Positions 47,077 through 53,088 of a stretch of 53,088 bases of DNA are shown piece after piece. The stretch comes from a virus (lineage: Duplodnaviria > Caudoviricetes): the IMG/VR virus record IMGVR_UViG_3300035670_000285, positions 1 to 53,088 of that record; one strand, written 5' to 3'. Under the pieces are notes generated by a model, which ran no database searches, was not told the DNA's origin, and was given only the letters and a program-made list of their open reading frames with translations. A program made the translations under genes and the position numbers. How positions within the stretch are numbered: position 1 is the stretch's first letter; the number at the start of each line of letters is the position of its first letter.

Positions 47077-48939
47077 ATGGTAGACACATCTTTATTTGGT
47101 AGACTCAAACGATTATTTTCAACTGATGTAATTATACGCAACGTTGGTGGTAATCAAGTAACAGTAATCGACACAGATCATATACAAGCAACAGGAGTTG
47201 TACAAACAAATATGTACCCTGACAGGTACCAGCGCATATACACTGGCGGTTTAGGTACTTATGTTGGTAATGCTCCTTATTCTAACTATACTGTATTAAG
47301 ACCTCAGTTATATAATGACTATGAAGTAATGGATGGTGATCCAATTGTAGCATCTGTATTAGATATTGTAGCTGATGAATCTACACTTAAAAATGGTGCA
47401 GGTGAAGTATTAGCTATTAAATCACCTGATGAAAATATTCAAAGAATATTGTACAATCTATTCTATGATGTATTAAATATTGAATTTAATCTTTGGGGAT
47501 GGGTTCGTACAATGTGCAAGTATGGTGACCTATATCTACATCTCCATATTGCAGAAAAATATGGTGTTTACCAAGTAATTCCTCTTAACGTATACAACGT
47601 AATCAGAGAAGAAGGACTTGACCCTAAAAACCCAGCGTACGTACAATTTAGAGTATCACCAAACGCTGCATACTCTGGAATTATAAGCCCATCATCAGAT
47701 AATGATGTGGTGTTCCAAAACTATGAAATAGCAAACTTTAGACTGTTAGGAGATTATAATTTCCTTCCTTATGGTCGTTCATACATTGAACCTGCTCGTA
47801 AAATATTTAAGCAATTAGCATTGATGGAAGATGCAATGTTAATTCACCGTATTTTAAGAGCACCTCAACGCCGTGTTTACTACGTTGACACCGGAAACAT
47901 CCCACCAAATGAAATTCCTCAGTTCATGGAAAAGTTGAAAACACAAACTCAACGTACTCCATTTACTGACCCTAAAACTGGTGAATATAATCTTCGCTAC
48001 AACATGATGAATGTAAATGAAGATTTTTACATACCAGTTAGAGGTGGAAACACAAATACTAAAATTGATACATTACCTGGTCTTGAGTATAATGCAATTG
48101 AAGACGTTGTTTACTTAAGAGATAAAATGTTAGCTGCTATGAAAGTTCCTAAGGCATTCTTAGGATATGAAGCTGATGTTGAAGGTAAATCTACACTAGC
48201 ACAACAAGATATTCGTTTTGCTCGTACAATTGAACGTATACAACGTATTGTTGTTAGTGAATTAACTAAAATCGCGTTAGTACACTTATATTCTCAAGGT
48301 TATACTGATGAGAATTTAACAAACTTTGAACTAGAATTAACGACTCCTTCTATCGTTTACGATCAAGAAAGAATTGCGTTAATGAAAGAAAAGGTTGATT
48401 TAGCTAAAAATATTATGGATGCTAGTTTGTTCCCAACTGACTACATTTATGATTATCTATTCCATATGAGTGATGACAAATATGAGGAAATGCGTGATCT
48501 AGTAGTTGAAGATAAAAAACGTATGTTCCGTCTATCACAAATTGAAAACGAAGGAAATGACCCGTTAACTAGTGGACAATCATATGGAACGCCACATGAC
48601 TTAGCCTCATTGTATGGTAAAGGTCGTAACGGGGTCGGAGTGCCGCCTGCCTACGATGAGTCTAACCCTATTGGACGTCCTCAAGAAAAAACATCTGTTT
48701 ATAACACTCAAAAGCGTGTATTAGGTAAAGATCCATTAGGTAAAGAAGTAGATCTTCAACCGGATTCTGCTAGAGCTCCTGAACCTAAAGGTGGTTCACC
48801 ACTAGCTTTAGAAAATACTAAAGCGGTATATGCTCAAAATAAAAAGATGCTTGAGGAAATGTTTAAAAAATCTAATGTATTCGATCAAAAGGGTAACAAT
48901 TCTTCATTGCTAGACGAATCAAACATCAAAGATATATAA
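47077..48939 (+). CDS. gp20: portal protein (T4 gp20-like)
   Basis: LMEDAMLIHRILRAPQRRVYYVDTGN, EDFYIPVRG, IDTLPG, MKVPKAFL; ATG 47077 follows late motif 47066-47073. Confidence 0.95.
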   Translation: MVDTSLFGRLKRLFSTDVIIRNVGGNQVTVIDTDHIQATGVVQTNMYPDRYQRIYTGGLGTYVGNAPYSNYTVLRPQLYNDYEVMDGDPIVASVLDIVADESTLKNGAGEVLAIKSPDENIQRILYNLFYDVLNIEFNLWGWVRTMCKYGDLYLHLHIAEKYGVYQVIPLNVYNVIREEGLDPKNPAYVQFRVSPNAAYSGIISPSSDNDVVFQNYEIANFRLLGDYNFLPYGRSYIEPARKIFKQLALMEDAMLIHRILRAPQRRVYYVDTGNIPPNEIPQFMEKLKTQTQRTPFTDPKTGEYNLRYNMMNVNEDFYIPVRGGNTNTKIDTLPGLEYNAIEDVVYLRDKMLAAMKVPKAFLGYEADVEGKSTLAQQDIRFARTIERIQRIVVSELTKIALVHLYSQGYTDENLTNFELELTTPSIVYDQERIALMKEKVDLAKNIMDASLFPTDYIYDYLFHMSDDKYEEMRDLVVEDKKRMFRLSQIENEGNDPLTSGQSYGTPHDLASLYGKGRNGVGVPPAYDESNPIGRPQEKTSVYNTQKRVLGKDPLGKEVDLQPDSARAPEPKGGSPLALENTKAVYAQNKKMLEEMFKKSNVFDQKGNNSSLLDESNIKDI

Positions 48940-48973
48940 TAAAATACATATTTATAATTAGTAAATTTACAGT

Positions 48974-49825
48974 GTGAAACTAAAACATAACAAATTTAAA
49001 AATACTGGTATTTTATTTGAGCTCCTTACCAGGCAGATCACAGCAGACATTATGTCTAATAAAGAATCTGCGGCCGTAGACATCGTAAAAAAATATTTTT
49101 CACGCGGCGAATTATCTAAAGAATATAAGCTATATCAAACCTTAACTAAAGCAATAGCACTTAGTGAGGTTAAAGCAGAAAGCATTATCAATGCTACTAT
49201 TAAATTATCAGAGCGTTTAAATCGTTCTAATCTTCGTAAAGAAAAATATAACTTAATTAAGGAAATTAAAGAACATTACGATTTAGAGGAGTTCTTTAAA
49301 GCAAAAATCCACAATTATAAAGCATACGCTGCTGTTTATAACTTAATTGAAGCTCACATATCAACTGAATTTATAGAACCATCATTTATTGTTGAAAATA
49401 AAGTAACTTTACTTGAATTTTTAACACAACAAGATGTAAATAAAAATAAAGTTGAGGATCAAGTAATGCTTGAATATGCTTCTCAAGATAAAGCAACTCG
49501 CGCATTGATTTCTAAAATAATGATTGACAAGTTTAATGAAAAATATGCAAACTTGTTACCTGAGCAGCGTGAGGTATTAAAAACTTATATTAATAAGATT
49601 TCTAATACTGTTTCTTTACGTGAATATATTAATAACAGTTTTGAAAATATAAAAAAATCTTTGATGGAGTTACAAGATAAAGTAACTGATCAAAGAACAC
49701 AGATTAAGCTTAAAGAACTATCATCAATTATCAAGCCACTTGATAAAAATGAATCTGTTAAAGATGAAGATATCCTTAATATTCTTCAATTCCATGAGTT
49801 AATCCATGAAATCAAAACATTATGA
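48974..49825 (+). CDS. prohead-region helical protein
   Basis: KHNKFKNTGILFELL; follows portal; late motif at 48949-48956. Confidence 0.7.
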   Translation: MKLKHNKFKNTGILFELLTRQITADIMSNKESAAVDIVKKYFSRGELSKEYKLYQTLTKAIALSEVKAESIINATIKLSERLNRSNLRKEKYNLIKEIKEHYDLEEFFKAKIHNYKAYAAVYNLIEAHISTEFIEPSFIVENKVTLLEFLTQQDVNKNKVEDQVMLEYASQDKATRALISKIMIDKFNEKYANLLPEQREVLKTYINKISNTVSLREYINNSFENIKKSLMELQDKVTDQRTQIKLKELSSIIKPLDKNESVKDEDILNILQFHELIHEIKTL

Positions 49826-51096
49826 TTCCTAATAAAGTAAAAAAATATATTGACGAGCTTATCCATGAAATGATAGAAGAAATGGATGGAGCTACGTCTA
49901 CTACTGCTAGTGCTGGTGGTGAATACAATAGTAAATATTTTCTTAAAAGACCAAAGAAATTAGAAGAAAAAACCCCTACTTTAGCCGCAGGCAAAGCTAA
50001 TATTAGTTCATATACTAAAGACGGATTTGAAAGAGTACCTGAGGGAATGCCATCTGATTCTAAAATATATGATTATAAACAATTTCCTGCAAAGCCTGCT
50101 CCTAAAAAAATTAAATTGTATAAAGAAGCAACAGGAAATGTACCAAGTAAAGGCAAGAAAAAAGGTGCAAAAAGATTTATTCCATCTGAATTTGAATTTC
50201 CTTTATTTTTACTTGATCCTATCAAAATAGGTGACACCTCTAGAGTATATTTTAGAATAGCTACTAACAATAAAGGAGAATCAATATTAATGATTGATCC
50301 TTTAGTAAAAGTATCTTTAGATGCCATTGAAAGAGGCAGAACCTCATTTGAAAAAGAACAAAAGCTTTCTGAGTTAACTAGATTTATAAAAGAAAAAGTT
50401 CCTAATGGAATTAGAGGATTGATAAAAAAAGCATCTCAAGGAGCTAAAATAGCAGGAAATAATTTTATTCCATTAAATCTTATCTTGTCAAAAGATGAGA
50501 GTGAAGGAGATGATAAATGGTATGTTAAAAATCCATTTATGGGAGGAAAAACCAAAATAACACCAGGTGGTATCCAATTTTTAAAAGATATTAAAATAGA
50601 TAAAAGCAAAGGAAAAGGAAGAGAAGATGAAATATCTATGCTAATTTGGTTATATAAAAATCAAGATAATGATGTTACTTTAAGTGATTTCTCAGAAGAA
50701 ACAGACAGGCCTATACAATCAGTGTCAGCAATAGCTAATAAACTTACGTCTAATGGCTATGCAGATGTTGAGAAAAGTGAATATAAGGACATTAATGTTA
50801 AAATGTATGAGTCTTTGAAAAATATGATTGAAACAGAACTATTGAATGAGATTTCATATCGCCGTTTTAATGAAAACGTATCTAAAATTTCTTCTGAGCG
50901 TAAAATTACCCGCGCATTAAATGAAGTTAGAAAACGTATTAGAGAAATTGAACAAGTAATTGAATATTCTAACAGATTAAAGACTGAAAATACAATTAAA
51001 AAAGAATCATTTTGGACTTCTAAAACAGAGCAATTAAGTGCTCTATCTGAAAGACTAAATGATTTATCAAATAAAATTAGAAATTTATCACAATAA
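49822..51096 (+). CDS. multi-module prohead/internal protein containing a wHTH-like domain
   Basis: Modules bounded by IEE, LEE, YKE, LLNE; EISMLIWLY..VTLSDFSEETDRPIQSVSAIANKLTSNGY. Confidence 0.7.
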   Translation: MIPNKVKKYIDELIHEMIEEMDGATSTTASAGGEYNSKYFLKRPKKLEEKTPTLAAGKANISSYTKDGFERVPEGMPSDSKIYDYKQFPAKPAPKKIKLYKEATGNVPSKGKKKGAKRFIPSEFEFPLFLLDPIKIGDTSRVYFRIATNNKGESILMIDPLVKVSLDAIERGRTSFEKEQKLSELTRFIKEKVPNGIRGLIKKASQGAKIAGNNFIPLNLILSKDESEGDDKWYVKNPFMGGKTKITPGGIQFLKDIKIDKSKGKGREDEISMLIWLYKNQDNDVTLSDFSEETDRPIQSVSAIANKLTSNGYADVEKSEYKDINVKMYESLKNMIETELLNEISYRRFNENVSKISSERKITRALNEVRKRIREIEQVIEYSNRLKTENTIKKESFWTSKTEQLSALSERLNDLSNKIRNLSQ

Positions 51097-51103
51097 TTAA
51101 TAT

Positions 51104-51604
51104 ATGAAAGACGATAAAAAAATCTTAAGTAAAGAAGAACTCAAGAAAAAACTTGACGACTTAGGTGAAGAAATTAAATATCGCGTTGCGGAAGCTAAAA
51201 AATCTGACGATAGTGTAGCTAATGCTCACAAAACAGACATTGGTGAATTAATGAAAGGCTATCGTAGCATGAAAGAGGCTTACAACAGAATGTTAAAAAC
51301 TGAACAAGAATCTTTACAACTTGAAGATATTTTATCATCTTTATCTGAAGAAAAGGAAGAAGATCCAAAGAGAGTTGAAGAAAGAGAAAAACTTCATGAA
51401 GATAGAGTTAAAGCTTTTGACGAGCTTATGGACCTAGTTGGTAGTATCAAGGCAGCTTTACCAAAAGCTAAAAAACAAACCGAAGTATATTACAAAAAGA
51501 ATCCAAAATCATATGCTATCGTGTTTGCTACTGACGATATTAAAGAAAATCTAGCAGATATTTTAGAAAAACTTACAGGAAAAGAAGAAAAAACCGAAGA
51601 ATAA
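51104..51604 (+). CDS. coiled-coil prohead-region protein
   Basis: 166 aa Glu/Lys-rich; YYKKNPKSYAIV. Confidence 0.7.
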   Translation: MKDDKKILSKEELKKKLDDLGEEIKYRVAEAKKSDDSVANAHKTDIGELMKGYRSMKEAYNRMLKTEQESLQLEDILSSLSEEKEEDPKRVEEREKLHEDRVKAFDELMDLVGSIKAALPKAKKQTEVYYKKNPKSYAIVFATDDIKENLADILEKLTGKEEKTEE

Positions 51605-53088
51605 TGAAAAGTATTAGCGTACAATACCAAGAGTTAAAAGAAGGAAGAATGACTCAACATCAATTTTTGCGTAATGCAAGAATGTTATTCCCTAACTTTG
51701 TAACTAACCATAACTCATTTGATGATTCCGTTAAGATCCTTAAAACTAAAGGATTATTAAACGAAGGTAATGCCGTTAAAGGCACCCCTGATAAAGCCCC
51801 ATCATATGACTACCCAACCCAACCAGGCAAGTACATGAAAGTTGTACAAGAGCCAGAGGTTGATGAACAAGATGGTATTTATCCTGCTACTACTGTAACA
51901 GATATTCCTAAGGAAGAAGTTAGTAAGCCAATTAAAAGCAAAAATAGACCTGATGGTTTAGAACCTGCTAAAGATAAGGATAAGAAAAACGAAATGAAGA
52001 AAATTCGTATCGTTAAGGAATCTAAAAAAAGTTTAACTGAACTAACCTCAGTTAGTGATAAAGAAATCCAAAGTGGTGAATTTAATTCTTTAAAAAATAT
52101 TCAAAAAGACTATTTATCTAATCACCCATTATCTATTCAACCTACCTCTTTTTCAGGAGATAAAGAATCTCCTCTTAAATTAACTGATCTAAGATGGTAC
52201 AATAATCAAGATAATACTTTTGGATTTACTATGACCTTTGATCGCCCAGGAAATAGGGATGAATATATTGATATTACTTTTTATAAAGATAAGCAAAATA
52301 ATCCTGTTAAAAACATACGTTTAACAGATAAAATACAAGGTTCATGGAAAGAATATAAAGATGATATTATTGGATATTTAAATAAAGCAATGAGATCAGC
52401 TCAAGTTGATAGTAAATATGTAGATAGTATCATTACTACTTTATCAAGAATGACTCCTGAAAAAATAAGAGACACTAATGCTTTCAATGAATCAAACATT
52501 AAAAACAACCCAGTAGATGATAGTGATGATGCTGCTTTTGATGCTATGATTGAAAAAGCTAAAGCAGAAGAAGAAGCAGAAGAAGCAATTAAAAGCGGCT
52601 TTGGAATTCAAGATCCATTAGAAGAAGCAGAAAAAGAACTTGCAACACCTGATGTTGAAGCTATTAAAAAGCTATTAATGCAAAATAATATGCTTGTAAA
52701 TAGACTTAAAACAGTAGGTAATCCTGTAGAATTAGAAGACTTAACAGATGAAATTCTTGGCCTTGTAGATCCAAAAATCCTCCAAAATATATCAGGAGCA
52801 AGAACAGCAGTAATGAATGCACTTAGAAGAGCATCAGAGGAGGTAAAAGGAAAACCAAAATTTAGTCCTGGATCAATAAGTAATTCTTATGAAAAAGCTC
52901 TTCAAGGTAAATTTCGCTCACCTGGCGCTAGTGGTCCTGGAGAGTCTAGCAATAGATTAAAAGAAACCATTAAAAAAATGGTTAACAAGGTATTAGATGA
53001 ATATGAAAAAGGAGATGAAAGTGATGAAGCTCCTTCTAATAGAGAAGCTGTTAGTGAAATTGTAGAAATAATGATTGATAGATTAGAA
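51604..53088 (+). CDS. large prohead-region/internal protein, truncated by window end (absent from ORF track)
   Basis: TAATG-coupled ATG at 51604; MKSISVQYQELKEGRMTQHQFLRNARMLFPNFVT.. appears open to 53088, with repeated hydrophobic-x-E boundaries. Confidence 0.75.
   Translation, partial: MKSISVQYQELKEGRMTQHQFLRNARMLFPNFVTNHNSFDDSVKILKTKGLLNEGNAVKGTPDKAPSYDYPTQPGKYMKVVQEPEVDEQDGIYPATTVTDIPKEEVSKPIKSKNRPDGLEPAKDKDKKNEMKKIRIVKESKKSLTELTSVSDKEIQSGEFNSLKNIQKDYLSNHPLSIQPTSFSGDKESPLKLTDLRWYNNQDNTFGFTMTFDRPGNRDEYIDITFYKDKQNNPVKNIRLTDKIQGSWKEYKDDIIGYLNKAMRSAQVDSKYVDSIITTLSRMTPEKIRDTNAFNESNIKNNPVDDSDDAAFDAMIEKAKAEEEAEEAIKSGFGIQDPLEEAEKELATPDVEAIKKLLMQNNMLVNRLKTVGNPVELEDLTDEILGLVDPKILQNISGARTAVMNALRRASEEVKGKPKFSPGSISNSYEKALQGKFRSPGASGPGESSNRLKETIKKMVNKVLDEYEKGDESDEAPSNREAVSEIVEIMIDRLE

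Noticed and set aside
29259-48939. Inteins or introns in primase, terminase or portal
   Set aside because: Lengths are ordinary and motifs contiguous; no intein splice-junction or homing-endonuclease insert was seen
1204-50327. Short alternative-frame and minus-strand ORFs in the track (e.g. 1204-1398, 2560-2829, 5483-5674, 29993-30304, 42378-42692, 50073-50327)
   Set aside because: They overlap better-supported plus-strand genes and lack promoter motifs or recognisable protein motifs
1-53088. Stop-codon reassignment, as seen in some Bacteroidota phages
   Set aside because: Core genes (terminase, portal, gp6, primase) are full length in the standard code, and TAG/TGA end genes at sensible boundaries

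Overview
A 53 kb, AT-rich segment of a large T4-like (myovirus-type) tailed phage. All credible genes lie on the + strand and read with the standard code. Host-type promoters (TTTG-N19/20-TAnnTTT-like), A-rich leaders without Shine-Dalgarno sites and D-[ST]-x sequons point to a Bacteroidota host (inference). Layout: (1) 1-1650, tiny early genes, each with its own promoter and most with a hairpin; (2) 1654-1850, a GC-rich structured island; (3) a gp55-like late sigma factor and a baseplate/tail module (gp5-like, gp25, gp6, large wedge, collar proteins), in which one baseplate paralog appears split by ~10 kb of Thr/Pro mucin-like and Cys-rich appendage genes plus two SAM methyltransferases; (4) GIY-YIG nuclease, primase, PD-(D/E)XK nuclease and a GT2 + PlcP-like phosphoesterase pair; (5) a long block of probable internal head proteins with shared N-terminal leaders and hydrophobic-x-E boundaries, carrying zincin, ADP-ribosyltransferase, HiPIP-like and permuted winged-helix modules, interspersed with an exonuclease, FAD oxidoreductase and P-loop kinase; (6) terminase, portal and prohead-region genes. 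Late genes share an upstream ATATTTAT[A/T] motif. No tRNA, CRISPR array, reverse transcriptase or integrase was seen. All family assignments come from reading motifs by eye; no database searches were run.
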